A stretch of 63,849 bases of DNA, the filler included, from Welwitschia mirabilis (Eukaryota), in assembly GCA_051453625.1 (NCBI GenBank). It is 5 parts of one record of this genome, joined end to end, with 100 filler letters (N's around TTAATTAATTAA, not from the genome) between each part and the next. Parts side by side here need not be neighbours in the genome. Positions count along the whole stretch, not along the records: positions 21,992 to 46,764 come from JBOZIK010000001.1; positions 46,865 to 57,187 come from JBOZIK010000001.1; 3 more parts are not named here. The stretch is one strand, 5' to 3'. Every line of letters begins with the position of its first letter. The first letter of the stretch is position 1. The notes under the pieces were generated by a model that saw only the letters and a program-made list of their open reading frames with translations, ran no database searches and was not told the origin of the DNA. The translations under genes and the position numbers were made by a program. Shown piece after piece: positions 38,392-50,586 of the stretch.

Positions 38392-40830
38392 CAAAATAGT
38401 CTACTTTAGTTGGGTCATCATACAAAGTTGGCTTATGTAGCAAAATTAATCTCTCTTTTATGAGTCGATGTTTTAAAAGTAAAGTTGGTCTCAAATCATC
38501 TTCAATGTTGAAATCAGTCCCTATGTCTTTTTTAGTGGCATCAATAATCCTAACAGTAATTTCTTTATTGTCAAAGTAGTATCTCATAATTCTAGATCGA
38601 GTGTCAATGATAAAATGATCTGTAACACAAAGGCTTTTCTTAGAAGTAGAGGATACCCTCCATCATGATCTATTTCAATTATGACAACATCAATGGGATA
38701 AAAAGCTTTCTCAATTTGGATGACTAGATCTTTAATGATTTTTAAAGGTTTCTTGATTAAGGTGTTAGCTAGCTCTAGGATAATAGGTGTAGGTTCAACT
38801 CTACTTTCTAACCCAAGTCTTTTACATAAATGAAGAGGCATAATATTTACACTTAAACCTATGTTAATAAAAGCCTTTCTAATTCTTTTGTTTTTGTCTA
38901 AGATAACACTAATAGTTACAACCCCAGGATCTTTAAATTTAGGACATTTTTTCATCACTAAGTTTGAAAGATATTGGGTGAGAAAGAATTTACTAGGAAT
39001 GACACGTTTTTTCTTTCTTCTCACTAAGTATTTTCATAACTTATAATATTTATGGTTTTCTTACAAGAGTTTCCAAAAGGGAAGGTTGATATTAACTTCT
39101 TACATCAAGGCTNNNNNNNNNNNNNNNNNNNNNNNNNNNNNNNNNNNNCTATCAAGCTAAGGAGTGGATGGTTTCTTTCCTTTATTTTCTTTTAAATTAT
39201 ATTTGGTGGAGGCTTTAGCAGATAATTTGGAAGGAAGGTTATAAGAATCTAGGATTTCTATATCATCTTCCTCCATTACTTTGTTTTATTTAGAAGTTGA
39301 AACCTTATGAGTAGGAGGTGTTGTATCTTTCCCACTTCTTGTTATAATTTTTAAGTCTCTCTTAACTTTATTTGGGTTGGGCATTGATTGAAAAGCAAGA
39401 GACCCTTATGGTCTTTGGTTGGTAAGCATTTTTTGTTAAAGCACATTCACTAGGTTCTCAATGTTTCTATTTGTCTTCTCTTGTACCTTTCTTATTTCCT
39501 CAATGGATTCTCTAAGGGAATTATTTAGATTTTGTTAAAAATTTGATGAAAAATTAGAATTCTTAAATTTGTTCTTAAATGATTTCCATTGGGGTTACCC
39601 ACTTGGTCTTTGTTGAAATGGTGGTTAGCTCTTAAACTTGGAAGTTCTTTGGTTGAAAGCACATACTTCCTCAAAAATTCTTTCTTTACAAGTTAGTAAT
39701 AAGGGACATTATTTTGTTGAATGGAAATCATCCTCACAAAATTTACAATTAGAAGTTAAGGGTTTATTCTTAACAATCTTTTCATCAACTACCATTTGAG
39801 TATACTTATATAAAGTAGTATTGAAATCTTTTATCAAATTAGTTGAATCCTCCCTTTCTTCTTCCTTGTCATGTTTTACCTCTTTTATGTATCTCAAAAT
39901 TTTTCCTATAGCATGGTTTTTCTTAGTGGGCTTAGGTCAAGTTTGATTGATTTCCACTAAATTCTTTAGCATACTCTAAGTATCATCTAAGCTTAAGTTC
40001 AACAAATTTCCTTCATAAGAAAACTCTACAAGTTATTTGGTTAAAGCATTCAATCTATTATAAAAATAATTTGCTAGTTCTTCTTTATGAAATTCATCAA
40101 CAAGGTTAAAATGATTAGCAACTATAAAACACTCATAAGCGGTTGCATAATCTTTATGAGGTTTTTGTTGGAAGTTGGTTACTTCTTTTCTTCTCTTCCT
40201 CATAGTGTTTTCACTCAAAAAATCTTTTAACAAAAACTTCTTACACTTGACTCCATTATTTAAGACTTTTATGTGGGATGTTTGGAGCCAAATTTTTGTC
40301 CTCTCTCTAAGGGTAATTGGAAAAATAATCATGTATGTATGATAATTAATACATTTTTTTTTCATTTCTAGATGTAAGCACAAGTTACTCTATGTCGGCT
40401 AGATGTTAAAAAGGATCTTCTTCTATTTCCCCTAAAAAGGTTGGGTATGCGCTTAAATTTCTTAACTCTACATCATCTCCAAGAGGTAAATTGAAAAGAT
40501 TTTGAATTTCATATTTTTTATTAGAAAATAAATCCCTAAGTGTAATGTCCACATTCTAAGAAGAATTTCCTATTACAATTGGAGCATTAGAAGAAGCTAC
40601 TTGCTTTTGTTTTTACGATGCTTTCGAAATATTTGACAATTTTGAAAAAACAATGCAATCGCCTTCTATACTATACTTTTCTTTTTCAAAATTAGATTCT
40701 AAAATAATAAAAGCAGAAAAATCTTCTTCTTTAATTATTAGAAGTTGCGTACCTAGTGTGTGCATACCTAGATTTAATTTGAAGTCGAATAATCCTTTTT
40801 TAATATTTTCTTCAATCATGTTCCATTATT
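38392..40830 (-). pseudogene. gag-pol: Protease and gag remnant, copy 2
   Basis: ORFs 38584-39024 (PKFKDPG...KAFINIGLSVNIMP) and 40033-40383 (FPITLRERTKIW...YFYNRLNALTK); collinear with 35070-37510. Confidence 0.88.
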
Positions 40831-41310
40831 TCTAATATTTCATTTTTTTACTAGTATTCAGCATATCCCTACATGCTCAAACACCTAGAAGAATGGAAAA
40901 ATCAAGAATAATAGACTGTCATTCATCTAGTCATGGGGACGAGGCAGGACGATGATCACAGTAAATGAAAAACTCAAAATTACTGAGACTCAAGAAAAAT
41001 AGTAGACTATCATCCAAGTATGTTATGGGGATGACAAAAAGGACAATAGGAGATTTATTTTACAAAAAATAAGATGTAAGAATGTGGAAACATGGAAAAA
41101 ATTTCAGACTGTCTTCCTCTCAGGTCATGGGGACGACAAGTAAGATGATAAGGGAAACAAAAAAAAAATGCAGAAATTTAAGATGCAGAAATAAAACTAC
41201 TTTAACCTAAGCTAGAAAAAATACAATACTAATTCAAAATAGATAACCTGAACAAAAATATTTAAAGTACTTATCTGATTAATGATAATCCTGTTAGCTC
41301 CTTGTGGCCT

Positions 41311-41328
41311 TCTCTAATAATGACGCTA
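41311..41328 (-). promoter_or_regulatory. Degenerate Asp-tRNA PBS
   Basis: tctctaataatgacgcta, adjacent to the LTR. Confidence 0.75.
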
Positions 41329-41331
41329 AAA

Positions 41332-42702
41332 TATTTTAGTGTGAATTTATGCAATCTAAAAATCCTTTAGATAAACATATAAATCATATAAATTACAGAA
41401 AACATACTTTAGTATAAATGGAAGTTCACCCAAATGTTGTAATCCAATAAAGGCACTAAGCTTAGAGTTAGAGAATTGATTTTGCTAATGTATTTTAGTT
41501 CTTTTTATCTTTATAAAAACTGAAAGAAAATAACATAAGTATATATAATAATTAAATAGAAATGAAATGCAAAAGAATGAAAATGGAATGAAAATAGATC
41601 CTACTTAGATCTTAGTCTTTCTATCACAAGGACTACTTCTCTATAACTTATATCAAGTGAGAAGAGTATCTACTAGTTGTTAATCAATATAAACTATGAG
41701 ATTTATCCAAGTAGAACATGAAATACAATATGAAAATAAAGAAAGAATTAATGCAAATTTATTCTACTAAAAAGGTCAACCTTAACAAAGGTTACCCTTA
41801 TGATCCAAATAAATTAAAGCTTGTCACTAACTAATACCAACTTAAATCATAAGGGAGATGCACAATAATGAGATGAAAAAGGAATTTGTATTAATCCAAA
41901 TGAAATTAGAACAACATCTACTTACAAATTAGAACAATAGCACCTCAATGAGAGGGACATATCCTAACACCAAGAAGACTCCTTTCTTTAGCATGGGATG
42001 GACCTCTCGTCCTTCAAGCTTCCATCACAAGTATTGAGTACAAAAGATGTGATGGAAATGAAGGAGGAGAAGGGTATTTATAGATTTTCATTTAAGGAAT
42101 TTTGCAGGTAAACTCTAAAGGCAGGAAACAGAAATCCTAATAACTCACATGGGTCATTTAACCCCATTTATAATGAAATTTATTACTGCAGTGTAAAAAT
42201 AGTTGTCATTCTATCTGTCGTCCACATGACACAGAGAATGATGCCACTTTAACAGCTTAGGCAGTGTACCATGTGCTACCGTCAGCCCATGAGTTGCCTG
42301 TGCATAGTCTTGATGTCGTCATCTTATCTATCGTCCACACGATAGTGGAGAAGATGCCACCTTAATGGCTTAGGTAGTATACTATGTGCTACTGTCAGTG
42401 CCATAGGCTTCTATCCACGTCAGTAGTCTAGTCATCCTAGGTATCATGGGGATGACTGTGGGGATGATGATCTTCCTCTACTCTTTTCTCCAAGGTAAAT
42501 TAGTCTTCGTATCGTACAGTCCTCCTTCCAATTTTGCAGTATCAGAATAAGCCTAAGAAATTGCCAAAAATACTAGTTTTTACATGTTTTGCTGATCATC
42601 CTGTCAAATCTTTATAGTCATCATTATTGCATCAAAACCTGTATGAATGTCCTACAAAAGTACTCCAAATATACCATCAAAATTCCATAAATTGACATTA
42701 CA
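41332..42702 (-). repeat. Athila 5' LTR (family A, gap-free, ~1.37 kb)
   Basis: Aligns along its length to the sequenced parts of 27884-29800; TATA box CTATAAATACCC at 42072-42083 on the minus strand. Confidence 0.92.
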
Positions 42703-43150
42703 AGACTTAGCTTATAAAAGTCTATGTGTAAAGGTTACAAGTGAACCTGTAATAGCTAGAAGAGTTAATGAAGATCTGAATTAGGCTTGGTGATAAGCTA
42801 ATCATCAAGAGTGGAGTAGGAAGTTTCTCAAACCACTATAAAACTTTCATGCATCTGATCGGTATTTTTATACTTTCTATTATTTTCATTTTTTTGAATA
42901 CTTTTAGTTTTTATTTTTATGCATGANNNNNNNNNNNNNNNNNNNNNNNNNNNNNNNNNNNNNNNNNNNNNNNNNNNNNNNNNNNNNNNNNNNNNNNNNN
43001 NNNNNNNNNNNNNNNNNNNNNNNNNNTATTTTCATTTTTCTGAATACTTTTAGTTTTTATTTTTATGCATGATTTGTTAGTGATTTAGGGTTGTCGATCG
43101 CCATAGTAGTAATTTGAACATGCTTTTTAATTTATTAAGTATGATTAGGC
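42703..43150 (+). repeat. SIRE 3' LTR, right part (end uncertain)
   Basis: Completes the split tandem unit; contains gagtggagtagg...aaccactataaa, a SIRE-LTR-like block. Confidence 0.7.
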
Positions 43151-43399
43151 TTTTTGTTTTGCTATTTCTATAAAGCTTACCTCATCATGATGTAATCACC
43201 TTTGAAAGTGAAATTTGCTAGTATACTATTAATTTTGATAAGGAGGAGTATGAAAATGAGAAAATTTATATATAGCATCAAAATAAGAAGATCCTATAAA
43301 GTTAAACTGAGCTTTAGAAAAAATGAATTTCTTACTAAGCATATCAAAAGTTATATTGTTCAATTTCTTACTATTATGTGGTAATATAATTTAACTACA

Positions 43400-43950
43400 C
43401 AAAGAGAATTCTTCCAACTAATAGTGGATCAAGTTGAAATAATCATAGAAACTTATTTTTGTGAATTAATCTCCACTACTTTTACCTTGATTTCTTTCAT
43501 TTATGTAATTAATTATTTCATCTTTTCTTTCTCATATTGTAGACTATACATGTAAGTTATGAGGTTATGAAATCCTAGTTCTTTTTTGAAGTAGAATATG
43601 TTCCTCAAGGTATAGAAGTCACTATAGCTCTTTTGGTCTAATTAACCAATATTTTACCTTAATATGTGATCGATTTCTACATAATATTTATAAATTTTTT
43701 GTCAATATGTTTTCAAGCAACTTCTTTAGTTAGATTCTAAAGAGGTATATAAGCCTGTACAAAAAAATCCTTTTCATAACCATAAATCCAAAGAGGTGAT
43801 ATGAATCCCTTATGTTAAATCTTTTATCACTAATCATCTTTAAGAGTAACTCTAATATGGATCATGATCCTAGTGGCAAGTATTGGTATAAAAGATTCTA
43901 ACAACCATTAAAGATTATCCTTTAAACATGATGTCAAACATATCATAATT
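43400..43950 (-). pseudogene. Possible very decayed Gypsy protease and RT N-terminal fragment
   Basis: Weak DMFDIM, VEIDH and GF...KKKDE-like traces in the expected order. Confidence 0.25.
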
Positions 43951-46486
43951 GAAAAAGGATAAATACTAGAAGAGAGAGTTGATAAACTATGAGATAAAGT
44001 CAAGAATTAGAGGGATCTTATTCATATCCATAACTAAANNNNNNNNNNNNNNNNNNNNNNNNNNNNNNNNNNNNNNNNNNNNNNNNNNNNNNNNNNNNNN
44101 NNNNNNNNNNNNNNNNNNNNNNNNNNNNNNNNNNNNNNNNNNNNNNNNNNNNNNNNNNNNNNNNNNNNNNNNNNNNNNNNNNNNNNNNNNNNNNNNNNNN
44201 NNNNNNNNNNNNNNNNNNNNNNNNNNNNNNNNNNNNNNNNNNNNNNNNNNNNNNNNNNNNNNNNNNNNNNNNNNNNNNNNNNNNNNNNNNNNNNNNNNNN
44301 NNNNNNNNNNNNNNNNNNNNNNNNNNNNNNNNNNNNNNNNNNNNNNNNNNNNNNNNNNNNNNNNNNNNNNNNNNNNNNNNNNNNNNNNNNNNNNNNNNNN
44401 NNNNNNNNNNNNNNNNNNNNNNNNNNNNNNNNNNNNNNNNNNNNNNNNNNNNNNNNNNNNNNNNNNNNNNNNNNNNNNNNNNNNNNNNNNNNNNNNNNNN
44501 NNNNNNNNNNNNNNNNNNNNNNNNNNNNNNNNNNNNNNNNNNNNNNNNNNNNNNNNNNNNNNNNNNNNNNNNNNNNNNNNNNNNNNNNNNNNNNNNNNNN
44601 NNNNNNNNNNNNNNNNNNNNNNNNNNNNNNNNNNNNNNNNNNNNNNNNNNNCTTTCTCTTCTTAGTACTATTAAGTAATCTATCCAAGTTATAATGTAAT
44701 GAAAGAAAAAGGACAAAAATGTTACAATGGAGAGGTATAATCACAATGAAAGATAATTAAGCCAAAAAATTGATTGATCTATCTAAACAAAAAGTGTGAT
44801 AATCAAGAAAATATCCTAAGTAGTAAAAGCCTACATGCATAAGAAATAAAGAGAAAGGTACTTTGTTTAAAATTTCCTAATATAAGGCTAGATAAATTTT
44901 AATGTAGATGGCCTAAATTAATATTAGATGATGGAAATGCTAAATTTAGTCAATTTTAATATCTACTTCAAAATGTAAGTAATGATTACATCCTCTAGAA
45001 GTATTATATCCTTGTCTCCAAAGGGAGTAAAAAGATAAAATGTGAATAAAGTTAGTGAGCCTTCTTATTTACTAGCCAGTTTTAGTTACTTTAGCGATAT
45101 ACTAGCTAGTTTTAGTTACATTCATTATATACCCCACTTCAGGGAGAGCGCCATGTAACTTTAATGACCTTCTTATACCTTAGTAAATTTTATATTTTAT
45201 CAAACCTATGTTCCTTNNNNNNNNNNNNNNNNNNNNNNNNNNNNNNNNNNNNNNNNNNNNNNNNNNNNNNNNNNNNNNNNNNNNNNNNNNNNNNNNNNNN
45301 NNNNNNNNNNNNNNNNTAGTTACATTCATTATATACCCCACTTCAGGGAGAGCGTCATGTGACTTTAATGACTTTCTTATACCTTATTAAATTTTATATT
45401 TTATCAAACCTATGTTCCTTTGTGATGAAGTACAAGTAGACCCTATCATTGTGCCTTCAACTTTTACCTAATATATCTTCAATTATCAAAATGTACATGG
45501 GAACCTAGATGTTGAGGCACCTGGAATGTTTTTTTTTAATAGAAACATAGATCTCAATATCACTTAAACTTCATAATTATGGTNNNNNNNNNNNNNNNNN
45601 NNNNNNNNNNNNNNNNNNNNNNNNNNNNNNNNNNNNNNNNNNNNNNNNNNNNNNNNNNNNNNNNNNNNNNNNNNNNNNNNNNNNNNNNNNNNNNNNNNNN
45701 NNNNNNNNNNNNNNNNNNNNNNNNNNNNNNNNNNNNNNNNNNNNNNNNNNNNNNNNNNNNNNNNNNNNNNNNNNNNNNNNNNNNNNNNNNNNNNNNNNNN
45801 NNNNNNNNNNNNNNNNNNNNNNNNNNNNNNNNNNNNNNNNNNNNNNNNNNNNNNNNNNNNNNNNNNNNNNNNNNNNNNNNNNNNNNNNNNNNNNNNNNNN
45901 NNNNNNNNNNNNNNNNNNNNNNNNNNNNNNNNNNNNNNNNNNNNNNNNNNNNNNNNNNNNNNNNNNNNNNNNNNNNNNNNNNNNNNNNNNNNNNNNNNNN
46001 NNNNNNNNNNNNNNNNNNNNNNNNNNNNNNNNNNNNNNNNNNNNNNNNNNNNNNNNNNNNNNNNNNNNNNNNNNNNNNNNNNNNNNNNNNNNNNNNNNNN
46101 NNNNNNNNNNNNNNNNNNNNNNNNNNNNNNNNNNNNNNNNNNNNNNNNNNNNNNNNNNNNNNNNNNNNNNNNNNNNNNNNNNNNNNNNNNNNNNNNNNNN
46201 NNNNNNNNNNNNNNNNNNNNNNNNNNNNNNNNNNNNNNNNNNNNNNNNNNNNNNNNNNNNNNNNNNNNNNNNNNNNNNNNNNNNNNNNNNNNNNNNNNNN
46301 NNNNNNNNNNNNNNNNNNNNNNNNNNNNNNNNNNNNNNNNNNNNNNNNNNNNNNNNNNNNNNNNNNNNNNNNNNNNNNNNNNNNNNNNNNNNNNNNNNNN
46401 NNNTCAAAAACATAATCCAAGATAACAAGAAAATCAATTTAAAGGATCTTTCTCCACATCCCAATTTGACTTGATAATAGAGATTT

Positions 46487-46764
46487 TGTTAGATTATATT
46501 TGCTAATTGATGTCAAACTAATTTCTTTTATATAGTGTAAATTGTTACATATTTTATGCAGATGAGATTGAGTTTTGCAAGTGAAAGAATTAGACCAAAA
46601 TGCATAGAAAAACTATTTAGTTATGTTTACCTCCAGTGGGGGTTGACCATATTCTAAAGGGGTCAATTGCACCTAAAGCAGTTACAAAGAAATGAACTGA
46701 ACCTAGAGGAGTTGACCAGATTCTAAAAGGATCAACCAACTTATGATCTCAAGAACCAGTATCC
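46487..46764 (+). repeat. Start of a second LTR of the same SIRE family, cut by the scaffold end
   Basis: TGTTAGATTATATTGCTAATTGATGTCAAACTAAT is similar to the start at 26704; same GGGTTGACC/GGGTCAA motifs; no PPT upstream. Confidence 0.75.
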
Positions 46765-46864
46765 NNNNNNNNNNNNNNNNNNNNNNNNNNNNNNNNNNNN
46801 NNNNNNNNTTAATTAATTAANNNNNNNNNNNNNNNNNNNNNNNNNNNNNNNNNNNNNNNNNNNN
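46765..46864. other. Artificial scaffold linker
   Basis: TTAATTAATTAA at 46809-46820 within 44N+44N. Confidence 0.95.
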
Positions 46865-47149
46865 AAGATCCAAACCAAAAATTTACCAATTAATAAAACA
46901 TAAGATAAGTGCAATTATTTCCAAGTAAAATGAATTAGATAAAGAGAGAAGTAATGGAGAGCACTCTATGATACCATATTAAAGCATAAATTTTGGAAGT
47001 CAAATGTGAGAAAAATGGTAACTTTGCTAAAAGATTTTCATGGAATGCTAAAATTTTATTTTGTGTATTACAAAGAAAGTTATATTGAAGTCCGTTAAAA
47101 AAAATTCTTATTCAAATTATGATTTTCAATTTTTGGCTTATGTCATAGA

Positions 47150-50100
47150 TAATCTCCCTCATAATCTTTCTTGAAAAGTTAGACTTCCTTACACTCTAAA
47201 GGTTTTATTTCTTCTTTATTATTAAGTTAGTTATCATAAATCAATACTCATTTAATTTCATCTCTCTTTCTTCAAGTGGGTGATGTCGTTAAAATAAAGC
47301 AGGTTTGATGTTATCTTGTAAGTTCATATCATCACCTAAATCTTTCTCAGCTGCATCAAAAACTCTAATTGTAAATGTTCTATTTTTAAAATAAGATTTC
47401 ATTATTCCTACTCTTGTATCAATGATGCAGTGGACAATTGCAAAAATGCTCTATCTAGAAGTAAAGAGTATTCTCTATTATGCTCAACTACTATGATGAT
47501 TACATCTATGGGGTAGTAAGCCTCTTCAACTTAAATTACCAAATCTTTAATGATACCTAACAATTTCTTTACTGATGTATCTGCTAATTCTAAGATAAAC
47601 AGAGTAGGCTTTATTCTATCCTTCAAATGAAGTCTCTTACAAATGTGAAGTGGCATAATATTAACACTCACTATAATGTCAATTAAGGCTTTTCTAATCT
47701 TTTTGTTTCTCGCCAAAGTAATATTCACCATTGCTGCTCTTGGATCTTTAAATTTATGTAATTTTTATAACACTAAATTCATGATAGATTGGGTAAGAAA
47801 GACTTTACTAGGGATAACTCATTTATGTTTTCTTCTTATTAGGTCTTTTCATAATTTTGAGTACCCTAGGTTTTTTTGTAAACTTTCCAAAAAGATAAGG
47901 TTATACTCATGATCTTCATCAAGTATTTTAAATGATCATTAAAAGTTAAATTGTTATTAAACCTATCCATCTAGGGGGTAATTTGTTGAGAAGTATTTTT
48001 ATTTTTCTTTTTATCAAGAAAAGAAAAGTTATAATCTTCTAGTATTTCAATGTCATCTTCCTCTTCTTCTTCATCATTTTTAAAGTTATTTTGGTAGGTG
48101 GAAGGTTTACATGGAGGAGGGTTTATTTCTTGTATACTTCTTATTACAACCTTATAATCTATTCTTCATTCATTTGTGTTTTGTAAAAGTTATATAGCTA
48201 AAGTTCCTTAAGGTCTTTGGCTTGCTAACATTATTTGTTGAAGCATTTTTACTAAGTTTTCCATGTTGACATTTGATCTTTCAAAGTTAGTATTTTGTCT
48301 TTTAAATTTAACATTTTGTTTTCTAATTTATCCACAATATTTTTAATTGGATCATTTAGATGTTGGTATTTAGATGAACTTGTGGATAGTTTGCATTTTT
48401 GAATCAGTTTGTAAAAGGTTGAAAATTATTTTAAAAGTAAGTTTTCAACCTAGGTCATGCCTAATTTTGGTTTTAAAAGTTTTGAGAGGTTTGGTTAAAA
48501 GAACAAACTGCTTCTTAAATTATTTCTTTGTATGTTGATAAAAGAGGATAGTTTTTGATGACATGATAATTATCCTTACATAAGTCGTAAGTTTGCATAA
48601 CATTTATTTCAGTTGCGGATTTAGCATCTAAGATTATTTTTGCATATTTCTCCAGGGTTGTTATAAAATCTTTTATGGGATTTTTAGGATTATATTCTAC
48701 CTCTTTTTATTGTNNNNNNNNNNNNNNNNNNNNNNNNNNNNNNNNNNNNNNNNNNNNNNNNNNNNNNNNNNNNNNNNNNNNNNNNNNNNNNNNNNNNNNN
48801 NNNNNNNNNNNNNCTAAATTCATGATGGATTGGGAAAGAAAGACTTTACCAGGAATAACTCATTTATGTTTTCTTCTTATTAGGTCTTTTCATAATTTTG
48901 AGTACCCTGGGTTTTTTTGTAAACTTTTCAAAAAGGTAAGTTTATGCTCATGATCTTCATCAAGTATTTTAAATGATCATTAAAAGTTGAATTGTTATTA
49001 AGCCTATCCATCTAGGGGGTGATTTGTTGAGAAGTATTTTTCTTTTTCTTTTTATCATGAGAAGGAAAGTTATAATCTTTCAGTATTTCAATGTCCTCTT
49101 CCTCTTCTTATTCATCATTTATAAAGTTATTTTGGTAGGTGGAAGGTTTACATGGAGGAGGGTTTATTTCTTGTATACTTCTTGTTACAACCTTATAATC
49201 TATTCTTCATTCCTTTGTATTTGGTAAAAGTTGTGTAGCTAAAGTTCCTTAGGGTCTTTGGCTTGCTAACATTGTTTGTTAAAGGATTTTTACTAATTTT
49301 TCCATGTTGACATTTGATCTTTCAAAGTTGGTATTTTGTCTTTCAAATTTAACATTTTATTTTCTAATTTATCCACAATATTTGTGATTGGATCATTTAG
49401 ATGTTGGTAGTTAGATGAACTTATGGATAATTTGCATTTTTGAATCAGTTTGTAAAAGGTCGAAAATTATTTTAAAAGTAAGTTTTCAACCTAGGTCATG
49501 CCTAATTTTGGTTTTGAAAGTTTTGAGAGGTTTGGTTAAAAGCACAAACTACTTCTTAAGTTATTTCTTTGTATGTTGATAAAAGAGGATAGTTTTAGGT
49601 GACATGATAATTATCCTTACATAAGTTGCAAGTTTGCATAACATTTATTTCAATTGCAGATTTAGCATCTCAGATTATTTTTTCATATTTCTCCAAGGTT
49701 GTTATAAAATCTTTTATGGGATTTTTAGGATTAGATTCTACCTCTTTTTATTATTTAACCTCTTTTAAGTTTTTGATCAATTACCCTATAGTTGGATTTT
49801 CTTTAGGAGTTGACCAAGTTTAACTTACCTCTACAAGTTCTTTTAATTTTGACCAGGCATAATCTAGTATAAGGTTCATGAGGTTTTTTCTATAAGAAAA
49901 ATTTACAAGTTGTTTTGTGTGTGGAGTTAGCCTACTATAAAAATAGTCTATTTATGAGCATCTACTAGATTAGAATTGTAGGCTATAAAGAAACACTCAT
50001 ATGTGAAGGCATAATCTTCATTTAGTATTTGTTAAAAGTTTTTTACCTCTTTTTTTCCTNNNNNNNNNNNNNNNNNNNNNNNNNNNNNNNNNNNNNNNNN

Positions 50101-50586
50101 NNNNNNNNNNNNNNNNNNNNNNNNNNNNNNNNNNNNNNNNNNNNNNNNNNNNNNNNNNNNNNNNNNNNNNNNNNNNNNNNNNNNNNNNNNNNNNNNNNNN
50201 NNNNNNNNNNNNNNNNNNNNNNNNNNNNNNNNNNNNNNNNNNNNNNNNNNNNNNNNNNNNNNNNNNNNNNNNNNNNNNNNNNNNNNNNNNNNNNNNNNNN
50301 NNNNNNNNNNNNNNNNNNNNNNNNNNNNNNNNNNNNNNNNNNNNNNNNNNNNNNNNGGGTTGGAATTTCTCATTTCTTATTGGCTAACAATTCCCTTAAG
50401 GTTAGGTTTCCATTAGGGGTAGAAGATCCTATGACTTGTTTTTGCTTACAAAAGGAACTCAACATTGTGAATTGGTTCCTTACTTCTATAGGGTTTTCAT
50501 TAATAAAATAAAATTCAAAAAAAATAAATTCAGAAAACGTTTGAATGCATCTAGAGATTGATTTTCTAATTCATTTTCTATATCCA
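47150..50586 (-). pseudogene. gag-pol: Athila protease and gag remnant (sister subfamily); 47770-48713 duplicated at 48814-49755
   Basis: KFKDPRAAMVNI...KALIDIIVSVNIMP...LELADTSVKK; collinear with 35100-37300. Confidence 0.85.

Larger units (their letters stand above)
27884..42702 (-). mobile_element. Athila-type Ty3/Gypsy insertion with three LTRs, nested in the SIRE LTR
   Basis: LTRs at 27884, 38009 and 41332. AAGAC lies on both sides (27879-27883 and 42702-42706), and the interrupted SIRE repeat unit resumes at the right junction. Confidence 0.85.

Noticed and set aside
41332..42702. Hammerhead ribozyme (retrozyme) in the LTRs
   Set aside because: No CTGANGA...GAAA core with flanking stems was found by eye on either strand; an Rfam scan would be decisive
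47770..49755. Biological tandem duplication within gag
   Set aside because: Flanks a short N gap like the many other near-identical overlaps; most likely an assembly or haplotype artefact
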